From positions 5,146 through 69,145 of IMG/VR virus record IMGVR_UViG_3300048586_000179: a stretch of DNA of 64,000 nucleotides; one strand, written 5' to 3'. A model generated the notes under the pieces. That model searched no databases and was not told the origin of the DNA. It saw nothing but the letters and a program-made list of their open reading frames with translations. Source of the stretch: a virus. Position 1 is the stretch's first letter. Each line of letters starts with the position of its first letter. Shown here one piece after another: positions 25,986 through 37,000 of this stretch. The position numbers and the translations under genes are program-made.

Positions 25986-27082
25986 GCAGCCTGTTCAAGC
26001 CGAAGCAGCAGACCACCACGCAGACGCAGAACCCCTATGCGGGCCTGCCTGACTGGGTGCTGAACTACTACAAGGACGACATGCAGACCGGGTCGGGGAT
26101 CCTCGACAGCTCGGCTGCGATTGCCGAGTGGCTATCGAAGAACCCTTCGCAGGTCGTCGGCATGTCCGATGATGAGAAGGCGGCGCTCGACGGCATCCTG
26201 GGGCAAACGAACAAGAGCCTCGGCTACCTCGATGATGCGCGGGCTGCGATCGGTGGCGATAGGTACATGTCCGGCTACACCGATGACGTGGTCAACACCA
26301 CGCTGGCCGGGATGGACCGCAACTTCGCCCGTGACGTCGCGGCGCGCGGCGCATCCGAGGCTGCGATTGGCGGGATCGGCGGGACGCGCGCTGCGGTGGC
26401 CGATGCCCTTGGGGGTCAGCTGCACGGCATGGACCGTGCCCAGATGGAGGCCAAGCTCAGGGATGATGCGTTTCGGTTCGGGTCGGAGATGGGGCTCAAC
26501 GAGGCAGCAGCGTTGGAGAGCCTGGCGGGGTCTGGCATGCAGACGGCAGGCCAGGCCGCGCAGTTCCAGAGCACCTTCGGCGCGATGGACCGCGACCTTC
26601 GTCAGAAGCAGCTCGAAGCGAACCGCGAGGCTGGTCGCGATGCGATGAGCTGGTACACGGACATCTTCAACTCGACCCGCCAGTTGCCGCAGACCGGCGG
26701 CGGCGTGACGACCGGCACGCAGCCGGGAAAATCCCTGTTCTCCAACATCCTCGGCGCCGCGTCAGCGGCGGCTGGCATCTGGTCTGCGGTCTCCGACGAG
26801 CGGGTGAAGGAGGACATCGAGGTCGAGGATCATGCGCTCGACAAGCTGCGTGATCTGGACGCCTACCGGTATCGGTACAAGGATGGCTACGGCAACACCC
26901 GCGAGGAGACGACTGGCCTGATGGCACAGGACCTCGAGCGCGCGGGGATCGTCGGCGCAGTGCGCGAGCGCGAGGATGGGGTGAAGGTGGTCGAGCCCTA
27001 TGCCGTGCTCGCCACTGTCGTCGCCGCGGTGCGTGAGCTGGATGATCGGACAAGGGTGAACGCTGGCCTCGAGGCCGCGTGA
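25982..27082 (+). CDS. internal virion/DNA-transfer protein with C-terminal S74 autocleaving chaperone domain
   Basis: Gly/Ala-rich body; SDERVKEDI...YRYRY...GLMAQDLE. Confidence 0.7.
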   Translation: MSSLFKPKQQTTTQTQNPYAGLPDWVLNYYKDDMQTGSGILDSSAAIAEWLSKNPSQVVGMSDDEKAALDGILGQTNKSLGYLDDARAAIGGDRYMSGYTDDVVNTTLAGMDRNFARDVAARGASEAAIGGIGGTRAAVADALGGQLHGMDRAQMEAKLRDDAFRFGSEMGLNEAAALESLAGSGMQTAGQAAQFQSTFGAMDRDLRQKQLEANREAGRDAMSWYTDIFNSTRQLPQTGGGVTTGTQPGKSLFSNILGAASAAAGIWSAVSDERVKEDIEVEDHALDKLRDLDAYRYRYKDGYGNTREETTGLMAQDLERAGIVGAVREREDGVKVVEPYAVLATVVAAVRELDDRTRVNAGLEAA

Positions 27083-27648
27083 TGGGGTACGACATCTGGC
27101 AGCACGCGACGGATGGGGCGACCCGCGCCGACGCGCAGAACATCGACCCCAGGTTCCTGGCGGCGATGCAGTCGGTCTACGCCGCTGCTCCAGAGGATAT
27201 CCGCCCTCACCTGGGGATGATCTCCGCGTATCGCTCGCCCGAGCGCCAGGCGCAGCTCTGGGAGGAGGCGCTGGCCAAGTACGGCAGCCCCGAGGCTGCG
27301 CGGAAGTGGGTCGCCCCTCCCGGTCGATCGAACCACAACCACGGCCTCGCGATCGACATGCGCTATGGCAACGATGCGGCGCGGGAGTGGTTCCATGCCA
27401 ATGCGCCGCAGTATGGTCTGGCCTTGCCGCTGAGCAACGAGCCGTGGCATGTCGAGCTTGCCGGGATCCGTGAGGGCTCTGCGCCCACGGCTTCAGGCTA
27501 TGCGGGCCTGCACGAGGGGGTCGGGACGCCTGGTGGATATTCGATGGGCGCTCCTGCGCCGGATCAGGGGTTGAACGAACCGCAGCCGGATGACCGGTGG
27601 GATCGTGCATCTCGACTGTTCGAGATGGCTTCGATGCTGATGGATTGA
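27079..27648 (+). CDS. virion-associated M15 (VanY-like) peptidoglycan peptidase
   Basis: SAYRS, APPGRSNHNHGLAID, EPWH. Confidence 0.85.
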   Translation: MMGYDIWQHATDGATRADAQNIDPRFLAAMQSVYAAAPEDIRPHLGMISAYRSPERQAQLWEEALAKYGSPEAARKWVAPPGRSNHNHGLAIDMRYGNDAAREWFHANAPQYGLALPLSNEPWHVELAGIREGSAPTASGYAGLHEGVGTPGGYSMGAPAPDQGLNEPQPDDRWDRASRLFEMASMLMD

Positions 27649-27658
27649 GGAGAGCGAG

Positions 27659-27979
27659 ATGCAGAACTTCACCGGATCCTGGGCGCGCGCAGCCAGTCAG
27701 CCGATGCCGCAGGCGGGCCTGACGCCGCCCACCGCTGGCGGGCCGCCGGTCATGGGTTCGAGCCTCAGGCCGCAACCCAACCCGCAGGCGGGGCTGAATG
27801 AGAAGCCCAAGACCTCACCGATGAATGGCATGCTGCAGTCGTTCATGTACCAGATGCTGGGGATGAAGCCCCCCAAGCCCAAGGCACAGGCGGCGGCCCC
27901 CGCTGCGCCTGCGGCGCGACAGGGGCAGATGGACCGCGCATCGCGGCTGTTCGAGATTGGCGCAGGACTGATGGACTAG
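27659..27979 (+). CDS. internal virion protein
   Basis: P/Q/A-rich; shares C-terminal DRASRLFE....LMD with upstream gene. Confidence 0.6.
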   Translation: MQNFTGSWARAASQPMPQAGLTPPTAGGPPVMGSSLRPQPNPQAGLNEKPKTSPMNGMLQSFMYQMLGMKPPKPKAQAAAPAAPAARQGQMDRASRLFEIGAGLMD

Positions 27980-27989
27980 GGAGGTCGGC

Positions 27990-30900
27990 ATGGCTGGCGG
28001 CAACACGGCATATGACTGGCGTGACTTCATGTTCGACACGCGCGGAACCGGTGCGCCTGGTGGGAGTGCTGGTCTTGGCGACGCGCCCGGCCCCTCTGTC
28101 AACCCGGACATGCCGAAGAGCAGGCTGAACCTCAGTTTTGCGCCGGAGGTTGTCGAGCTACCCCCCAGCTTCTCTGTGGCAAACCGGGACGTTCGCAAGA
28201 CCTTCGGGGTGGGTTTCCGCGATCAGCTGTTCAATACGCCCGAATGGCGGGCGGCGAAGTCTGGTGCTGCCAAGGCTGCTGCTGAGAAGAAGGCTGCCGA
28301 GGATTGGCTTGCCGACAAGCCGGCGGCCGAGCGCGACCTGGTTCGCAACCTTGATGACGAGATCAAGGCGGGCAAGGACCGGATCAAGAAAGCAACGGAC
28401 GCCGAGGACTGGCCGACCGTGAAGGCCGAGAGCGAGAGGGTCGCGACCCTGGAGGCCGAGGCCAGCAGGCGCGCGCTGGAGAACACCCGCAAGGCGTCTG
28501 ACCCCAATCGCCTCTACGCTGGGGCGAACGCCGAGCAGAAGAAGGCGGCCGACGAGATTGCCCGCTTCAAGAAGGAACGGGGCAAGGCCTGGGATGCCAA
28601 GAAGACCAACATGAAGAACATCGCCAAGGGCGGTGCCGCGACGGCGCTCCTTGGTGGTGCCGCCTACCTTGGTGGCCAGCTCATGTCGGATGCCGAGGAG
28701 AAACGCAGGTCTGACCCCACGAAGGTGGCGGTCGACGATGTCGTCATGCGGGTGCTGTCTGGTGAGGAGGTCTCGCCTGACGAAATCTACATGATGGAGC
28801 AGTTCTACGCTGACGATCCCGACAAGGTCGCGGCCATCCTGCGGACGGGCGAGGAGGTTCGTGGTGGTGCGGCGCCCGTCGAGCCGCCACCCGCCGCTGC
28901 GCCTGAGGCGCCGGCTTCGCCGCCGGTTGGCCCTCGCATCGAGAACCTTCCGCTGACCGATGTGGCTTACCGTGAGGGCGCGGAGAAGCCCGCGGTTGTC
29001 AGGCCGACCCCGACCTATGACCCCGAGGTCATGCGGGCCATCCTCGAGGATCCCGAGGGTGGGCCTGAGGTTGCCCAGTGGTACAAGGACAATGCCGAGG
29101 CCGAGGACCTTCGGCGCCGGAACAATGCCTTCCTTGACGCCTCGATCGAGAACACGGCCGCGGCGGCCGGGAGCCCTGACTGGTTCCTTGACTACCTGCG
29201 GGGGCAGGGCGAGCAGTCGCGCGCGGTGGACGCGGGTGGTGAGCTTCCCGTATCCGACAACTGGTGGAACAACTACGTGGTGCCGACTGTCAGGGCCTCG
29301 GATGAGGGCTGGCAGCGCCTCTATGGGCGGATCGACGAGGCGTTCCCCGATGATCCGGCGACCTTCTGGGAAAACCCCATCGGCTACACCCGCAACGCCA
29401 TGGTGCCGGAGAGCTGGCAGGACGCGATCGACGGTGCGCTTGAGGGCGTCACGCCGCAGGACATGCTCGGGATCAACTTCCTCCTGGGTCAGACGACCGA
29501 CGAGATGAAGAACCTGCCCTACAGCGCCGTGCGGGATGGCATTCTGTCCCCCACCTTCTATGCCGGCGTCCTTGAGGATCCCGCGCTGTCGGCTGCTTAT
29601 GGCGAGGCCATGCGTAGCATGGGTGGCGAGCCGCTGCGTGGGCCTGACCCGATCACCGCACCGATCACCCAAGGCGCTGCCCCGCCTGCCTTCTGGGATC
29701 CAGGCATTCCTCCCGAACTGAACGCGGGGGCTGATGCGGGTGTGGGCGTTGGTGCCTACGATACCGGGATGCCGTCGATGGAGGACCTGAAGCGCCTCGA
29801 GGAGATCGGTGCGCTGGGGGCGAACCCTGACGGCAGCAACATGACGGTGGCGCAGTACATCCAGCAGGGCAACCTGGCTGGTGCTGGCATGCAGGCTGGC
29901 CTCCCGATGTTCGCTGGTTCCCCGATGCCGGTGCAGCGCGGGACGGTGATCCCGGAGGACCCGCGTCTTGGCCTGATGCCGGTGCCGCAACTGCCGCAGT
30001 TGCCGATGGCGCCGAGTGATATGCCCATCGAGGCCCGGGTGCCCCAGGGTACGCCCGGGTCGTTCCTGGACGAGAACGCGGGGGACTTCCGTCGCGCGGA
30101 CAACGAGTGGAACAAGCTGGCCACCATGCTGGGCCTGACGCCGACCGGTGAGCCGGTGCGTGGTGGCGCGGGCCTATCGGCCCCTGTCGCCCCTCTACCT
30201 GCCGCACCTGCCGCACCGGTCACTCCTGGCGGGGCTGGTGACCAGTGGGCATTGAGCAATCCCTTCGGCTCTCCTGCCGTCGCGGGTGAGGTCGAGGATG
30301 CACGGGCGGCTGAGGAAATCGCGCGCTACAACGAAGAGGTGGCCAAGAAGGACGAGGCAGTTTCAGCCCTTGTCGACCAGGACGAGGTGCTGAACCCGCG
30401 CGGCCAGTCGTGGACGTCCGGCCCTTCGGGCCAGACCTGGGGTGCAGGCCTGTCCAGTGACGCAGGCGCACTGTCGATGGGGTCGCCGGCAGCTTCGGCC
30501 CCCGTGGTCGCCACTCCCATGACCCCCGGCGGCAACCCGGCCCCGGGCGCGAAGGGCGATTTCAACGTGTCGCGCGAGCGTGGCGCTGCGGGTCTTGCCG
30601 AGGATGCGGAGGCGGCTGAGGAAGAGCTGAACTGGATCAACCGGATGATGCGGGACAAGCTGGGCATGACGGATGCCTCGCAGCGCAACAAGGCGGCCGA
30701 GGCCCTGATCTCGTTCGGCTCGTCGGTCCTTGCGTCTCGGGGTGACGACTGGCAGGCGCTCGGTGAGGGGCTGCAGGCCGGCTACGGCACGGTCACCCAG
30801 ATCAACGACGAGGAGGCGGCCGCGCTCGCCGCCCAGCAGGAAGCGATCCTTGAGGAGAACCGGTGGCGTGCCGAGATGGCCCTGAAGGAGCTGGCTGCGC

Positions 30901-31094
30901 GCAAGGGGGCGGGTGTCGATGGGATGCCCGACAAGCTTGCAGCTGTCGAGGAGACGGCGGCATATCTGGCACTCATGTACCCGGCACTCTCGGAGCAGGA
31001 AATCCGGGCGATGGCTGAGCGCTATGTCGGCATCAAGAGCGAGGCGGCTTGGGCCAACGCTGATCCGTTCGCTTTCCTTGAGGGGGTGAGCTGA
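27990..31094 (+). CDS. large internal virion (ejection) protein
   Basis: 1034 aa, low-complexity A/G/P regions, position before giant protein. Confidence 0.6.
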   Translation: MAGGNTAYDWRDFMFDTRGTGAPGGSAGLGDAPGPSVNPDMPKSRLNLSFAPEVVELPPSFSVANRDVRKTFGVGFRDQLFNTPEWRAAKSGAAKAAAEKKAAEDWLADKPAAERDLVRNLDDEIKAGKDRIKKATDAEDWPTVKAESERVATLEAEASRRALENTRKASDPNRLYAGANAEQKKAADEIARFKKERGKAWDAKKTNMKNIAKGGAATALLGGAAYLGGQLMSDAEEKRRSDPTKVAVDDVVMRVLSGEEVSPDEIYMMEQFYADDPDKVAAILRTGEEVRGGAAPVEPPPAAAPEAPASPPVGPRIENLPLTDVAYREGAEKPAVVRPTPTYDPEVMRAILEDPEGGPEVAQWYKDNAEAEDLRRRNNAFLDASIENTAAAAGSPDWFLDYLRGQGEQSRAVDAGGELPVSDNWWNNYVVPTVRASDEGWQRLYGRIDEAFPDDPATFWENPIGYTRNAMVPESWQDAIDGALEGVTPQDMLGINFLLGQTTDEMKNLPYSAVRDGILSPTFYAGVLEDPALSAAYGEAMRSMGGEPLRGPDPITAPITQGAAPPAFWDPGIPPELNAGADAGVGVGAYDTGMPSMEDLKRLEEIGALGANPDGSNMTVAQYIQQGNLAGAGMQAGLPMFAGSPMPVQRGTVIPEDPRLGLMPVPQLPQLPMAPSDMPIEARVPQGTPGSFLDENAGDFRRADNEWNKLATMLGLTPTGEPVRGGAGLSAPVAPLPAAPAAPVTPGGAGDQWALSNPFGSPAVAGEVEDARAAEEIARYNEEVAKKDEAVSALVDQDEVLNPRGQSWTSGPSGQTWGAGLSSDAGALSMGSPAASAPVVATPMTPGGNPAPGAKGDFNVSRERGAAGLAEDAEAAEEELNWINRMMRDKLGMTDASQRNKAAEALISFGSSVLASRGDDWQALGEGLQAGYGTVTQINDEEAAALAAQQEAILEENRWRAEMALKELAARKGAGVDGMPDKLAAVEETAAYLALMYPALSEQEIRAMAERYVGIKSEAAWANADPFAFLEGVS

Positions 31095-34000
31095 TGGTCG
31101 ATCAGGCTGGGCTTTCGTTTGGCCCATCGACGTCTGCGGGTGTGGGTCTCAACGAACCAGCGCCACCTCTCACCATGCAGGATCGTGTTCGGGAGGTCAT
31201 GCGCCTGCGTCAGCAGGGGTATTCGCTTGACGAGGCCCGGCGTGCGGTTGGCGGGGCTGATGCCGTGACAGCGCCACCACCACCGTCGCAACCGACCCCT
31301 GACCCTGGTGGCATGTCCCGCCTGGGCCTGATGGTTCCGGGCGCGCTCTCCTACGCCTCGGATGTCGTTTCCGGGGCGGGCACCATCATCGAAAACCTTA
31401 CGGGGATCGACGGGATCGACGAGGGGAGCCGGGCGCTTGGTGATGCCATCGGGCCGAGCGAGATGCAGGAGGCCACGCGCGATGAGCGCTATGCCGAGCG
31501 CGCCCGCCGGGCAGAGGCTGGCGAGATCAGCGCCACGGAGCATTTCATCGGTGACGCGCTCGATGCCACGGCGGAGAGCGCGCCGGCCTTCGTTGGTGGT
31601 CTTGCGGGGGCCAAGGGCGGTCAGCTGGTCGGGCGCGCGGGCTACGCCGCGCTGTCGCCCGCGGCTCGGGCCATTGGCCTCGACAAGGTGGGCGCTGTCG
31701 CTGGAAAGGCGCTGACCGCTGTCGTTCCGGGCGCAAAGAAGCTGAAGGGCATGAAGCCGCTTTTGGAGAAAGGCTTCGCCACCCTGGGTGCCTTTGCTGT
31801 TCCGACTGCTGCCTATCTCGAGAGCGGCCGGGATCGCGCGATCAAGGAGGGGCTCGATGTGGCTGATCCGGAAGTCCAGGACCGGATTGCAACGCAGGCC
31901 GTCGCGCGGGGCGCGCTGGAAAGCCTTCCCATCCTGTCGATCTTTGGCCGGCTGACCAACCGGGCCGCCCAGGTGGAGGGGCGGGTTGCTGCGGCGTTCA
32001 AGGTGGGTGGGAAGTCTGCGCTCTTTGAGGGGACGCAGGAGGTCGCGGACCTGGCGCTGGAAGAGCTTTACCTCAACGACGAGTTGCGGAGCCGCCTGAA
32101 CCAGGATGACTGGGCCGAGATCATGCCGTTCCTGGTTGACCGCTTCGGTCGGGATGCCGCTCTTGCGATGGTTGCCGGTGGCGGTGTGGGTGCGGCGGTG
32201 GGTGTGCCATCGGGCTTTACCCAGCAGGCCGTCACGAACCAGCAGGCCGCGCAGGAAGTTCGTATGGCGGCCCAGGTCCTTGAGCCGATGGGGATGGGGA
32301 CGCAGGAGCTTGAGGAGCTGAGCCGGACACCTGAGGGTGCCGCCAAGTTGCGGGAGGCGGTCCAGCGCATCTCACTTGTTGAGCGTGCCCGGTCCACGCA
32401 GATGCGGGAGATTGACCGTCGCGCCGAGGAGGGCGCGGAGGAAGAGGTGGCCATGCTCCGTGAGCAGGTCAACAACCAGCTTGACGCCCGCATCGACAAG
32501 ATCGCGGCGTTCCTGGGCGCTCCGAAGTCGCTTGAGGATGTGCGCCGCGAGCGCAGCGCAATGGAGAAGGACCGGAAGCGCCGGGCGATGGACCGGATCG
32601 CCGAGCGTGGGTTCAAGCCACAAGCGGACCTGACGGCCGAGGTTGCCGAACAGGTTGCGAACCGCTTGGACACGGCTGAGGGCCAGGTCGACCGGCTCCG
32701 GAGCCGGGTCGAGGCGACGGCCAACCCGGAGCGCAAGGCGGAAGCCCAGCGTGAACTCGACGAGGCGCTGGCTGAGCGCCAGCAGGCCCGGATCGATGCG
32801 CGCATGAAGGTTGAGGGGCTGACCCCGGCGCAGGCCCTGAAGGCCGTCGAGGGCGAGGACAGGCAGACCGATGCTCAGCGCCGCCGGCAGGCGCAGAGCG
32901 CGGCGCGCGAGCGCGCCGTCGAGCGCCAGATGGAGATCGAGATGCCGGAGACGATGGCTCCGGCGCTGCGCGTCCAGCGCGCACAGGAGATCATTGCCGA
33001 GGCCGAGGCGGATGAACGCCCGGATGCAGGCCTCGACGGGAAGATCAAGCGCCTTGAGCGCCAGAGACGGGCCGCGACATCCCCTGAAGATGTTGATAGG
33101 CTCACAGACGAGATCGCCGATCTTGAGGCACGGCGCGGTCTGCCCACACCTGCGGTGGAAGCGGCGCGTCGTGTTCTGCAGGCTCAGGGTGTAGCGGTCC
33201 CGCCGAGCGGTGAGGCGTCAGGGCCCACAGCTCAATCCGCCGAAGCTGAGGGTTTGCAGCCTGAGGGGACGGCATCAGGGCCGGTGGGCGCGGCAGCGCC
33301 TGCCGGTCCGCGCAATGCGCTCGACACCCCCACGCTGGCCGCTCGTGAGGCAAAGGCCATTCGTGAAGCGTCGACACCAGAGGCGCAGCTCGCAGCATTC
33401 GATGCTGCACTGTCAGATCGTCGTGTGGTTGATCCGGTAAAGCTCGAGGAGGCAAGAACCACCTTCGAGGTGGAGAGTTTTGCTGGTGGTGATCCTGTGG
33501 CTGCAGCTGAGGCCGCTCTGGCCACCGTGGTCGCGACCGACCGCGAGGCGGGCCGCCGGGCAATGGCCGCGAAGACCTACAAGCGCGCGCCGCGCGCCGA
33601 GGGCTTCGACATCGAGGGCGGCAACCCGTTCCGGGATCTCTCTGGCGAGATCGAGACCGGCAAGGGGCTGGCCGCCCTGGAGGCGTCGATGTCAGAGTGG
33701 TCGGCCAAGTCTGGCTTCGAGGCCGCAGCCCATGTCGACGAGGCGACGGGCGAGGTCCTTGGCGTCGTGACGAACGACATGGTCAACGCCATCATGCCGC
33801 CGAAGGCTGGCCTCAACGACCGCAGGATCACCTTCACCCACACCCACACCGCCAACACGCCTTTTTCGTCCGCTGACGTGCGTGCGGCGCTGATGTCAGG
33901 ACAGCCCTTCCGGGCTGTCCTGCCTGATGGGTCGGTCATCGCCATGCGGCCGACGCGTCGCTACAATCCGGACGGCTTCTACAAGGTCTTCCGCGCCGTC

Positions 34001-37000
34001 AGGGAATATCTCGCCGACAAGCTGCCTTCGGACATGCCATTCGTGGATCGCGCCGTGATCCGCCAGGAGGCATTCCTGCAGGCCATGGAGATGGCTGGTG
34101 CCATCGAGTACCGGTCGCCCTTTCGTGGGCTGACCGATCAGCAGAAGGACTACGTCAATGCAGCAGTCGACGCCACGGCCGCCGTCAGTGCCACAGCCTT
34201 TGTACGAGATGGAGCTCCTGGACGAGCGGGAACTGCGGAAGCTGGCGGCCCAGGGGGACAGGCTGGCGAGCGAAGAGCTGTCGATGAGGCGGTTGGAGAG
34301 GAAGAGCCTGACGCCGACGACTTTGACGCCGAAGGTGTAGACTTCGAGCAGGGGGTCATCGGTTACCTCGATCCTCGGAGTTCACAGCGGCAGAAGCGGC
34401 CGTCCTATAACGAGGGTCGGGTCGCCGAGATCGCCGACAAGATCATCGCTGACGTCACCGCCCAGCGGGCGAAACGGACGATCGCCGCGGACATGATCCG
34501 TGAGGGCAGGGTCACGCGCGAGCAGCTGATTGCGGGTATCGGCGAATACCTCAAGAGCGACGGCCGCAAGCAGATGTACACGGTGACCGATGTGCGCCGT
34601 GCGATGTTCACGACCCCGATCACCTTTGACATGCTCTACCAGCGGGCCGAGGGGCGGACCAATCGCGCTACCAAGGCGGGCACGAAGCTTTGGAGCGTGA
34701 AGCCTGAGTACCTTCCGGAGTTCCAGCTGGCGCTGGACCTCGAGCGCCTGATCAATAATGCCGGCATGGGTGGTATCCGGCGGATCGAGAACAAGTTCGC
34801 GGCCGGTGGCGGCTTCGGTGAGGGCAAGACCTACTTCCTCGAAATCTCACCCGAGCTTCGCAGGTTCACCGAGCTGATCGGGCCGGAGGGCATGCGCTTC
34901 GACCCGCCCATGGCCGACCCCAACAACACGAGGCAGCTCAAGCGCAACCGGAACAGCAACCGGCTCTCGCGGGAGGGCCTGGATGTTGCCGCGCGCACGG
35001 CCCGCTACCTGCAGGCCAATCGCTACAAGATCGATCGGGACAAGCTCTACGCGATCGAGCCTGATGACCTGATCTCCGGCAAGTCGCTGGCGCGGGATGG
35101 GATAAAGCGGTCTGATATCGCGAAGTGGGACGCCATGCGTCCTGCGATTGCTGGCGTATCCTTGAAGACCATGCCGAAGGACCAGGCCTACTTCGTCAAG
35201 AACATCGGCTGGAAGATCGACGAGAAGCGGCGCGATGCGGCCAGCCGCATCCGGCAACTCCGAACGGCCTACGAGACCTTCGTGGCCGAGCATGGTGCCG
35301 ATGCGGATGTCGGCTTCATGTACCAGATCGACGACCGTGGCCGGATCTATGCCGATGGCTCTTTCCACCCGCAAGCGGACGGCGACATCAAGGCGCTCTT
35401 CTCGGTGGATGGGAAGAACATCGTTGACGACATGGTGACGGTCGACAACTCGGCGTCCGGCTGGCAGATCAACGCGCTGATGGCCTATGACCACGTCGCG
35501 GCGCCGCACCTGAACATGGGGCGGGGTCAGGCGACGCAGGAGGGTTACCGGAAGTCGGACCTCTATACCAACACGCTCGAAGCCATGCGGCAGCGGCTCT
35601 TGAGGGATGCGGAGGCCGAGATCCCCGCCGGGCTTGGCGTGCGGGAGCGGGCCAAGGCCGAGAAGCGCAAGCGCTGGGCGCGCTACTTTGTCGACACCAT
35701 CTTCCCCTCGGCAGACCCCAAGTCATGGAAGCTCGATCGGGATGGGATCAAGCCCGCCATCATCGCGATGAACTATGGCGGCCTGGACAAGAACTTCCGC
35801 AGGGTGCTGCAGAAGGTCCTGAAAAACGACATTCGCCTGCCTGACGGCGACAACGAGGGCGCCTGGTCGTACCTGACCGAGGCAGGGATGGAAGGTGTGG
35901 AGAAGACCGCTCCGCACGCCCTTGCCCTGCAGAAGTGGACCGTGGCGAATGTCGCCGCGCTGTCGCGCGCCCTCTACGCCAAGTACGGCGAGGCGACCCC
36001 GACGATCGATGTCACCATCGGCATCGATGGCAAGATCTCCGTGAAGCGGCAGAAGCGGGTCGAGACCGAGACCCGCATCAAGCAGCTGGCGAACGAGGTG
36101 ACCGTCAAGTTCAAGGTGAACAAGCCCGAGCCGGACCACGACAAGGTCGCCAAGGCGGTCTGGGCGAACCTGGTCCAGTCCTACGATGCGGCTGTCCTTC
36201 ACCGCACGGTCGAGCGGTACAAGCGCGCGACGGATGGTGCCTACATCACCACGAACCATGACAGCTTCACCGTGCCGCGTGAGCAGGAGGGCGCGATTTC
36301 CTCTGCGGTTCGCGAGAGCATGCGGACGATCATGGAGCAGGTCGATGTTCCCCAGTCTCTTTACGAGGAGCTGACCGCAATCGCCCGCCGGGAGGGGGTC
36401 GAGGTCGATATCCAGCCGTTCGACAACCTGGGCCGCTATAGCTACGACGACCTCATGACGTCGACGCCGGTATTCGGTGAGGACGTTCTCAAGGTGGACG
36501 AGCGGGGTAAGCCCTATGACTTCGTTCCTGAATACGCCGAATTGCCCGAGGCCGGTGCCGAGTTGCGCCGCGCCATAGACGACGAGGTTCCGGTGGGTGG
36601 TGGCAGCACACCAACTACCGGATCGCCCCCTGCCTCTGTCCCGGTTCAGGGGCAGGGGGCATCACGCATCGAGGATCTGGCGCCCGAGGTTCGGCGCGCG
36701 GTCGATGTGGCGGATTACATGGCCTCACTGCCGGAGAGCCGTTCGCTCCTGCAGAAGGTGCAGGAGATGGCCGCCTCACCCAAGGTGGCCAATCGCACCT
36801 TGATGCAGATCATGGAAGACACGTTCTTTAACGCCGCGGCCCCGATCCGCAGGCTTGAGATCGCGGTCAAGGGGGCATTGCCGCAGGGTGCCGAGAGCGC
36901 CTTCAAGGCAGTCGAGATGGCGGTCCAGGACAGTGGCCGTCAGGAGGCGCTGCTCTACTACGGCGCGGCCAGGTTTGGACAGTACGGCGAGTATTCTGTC

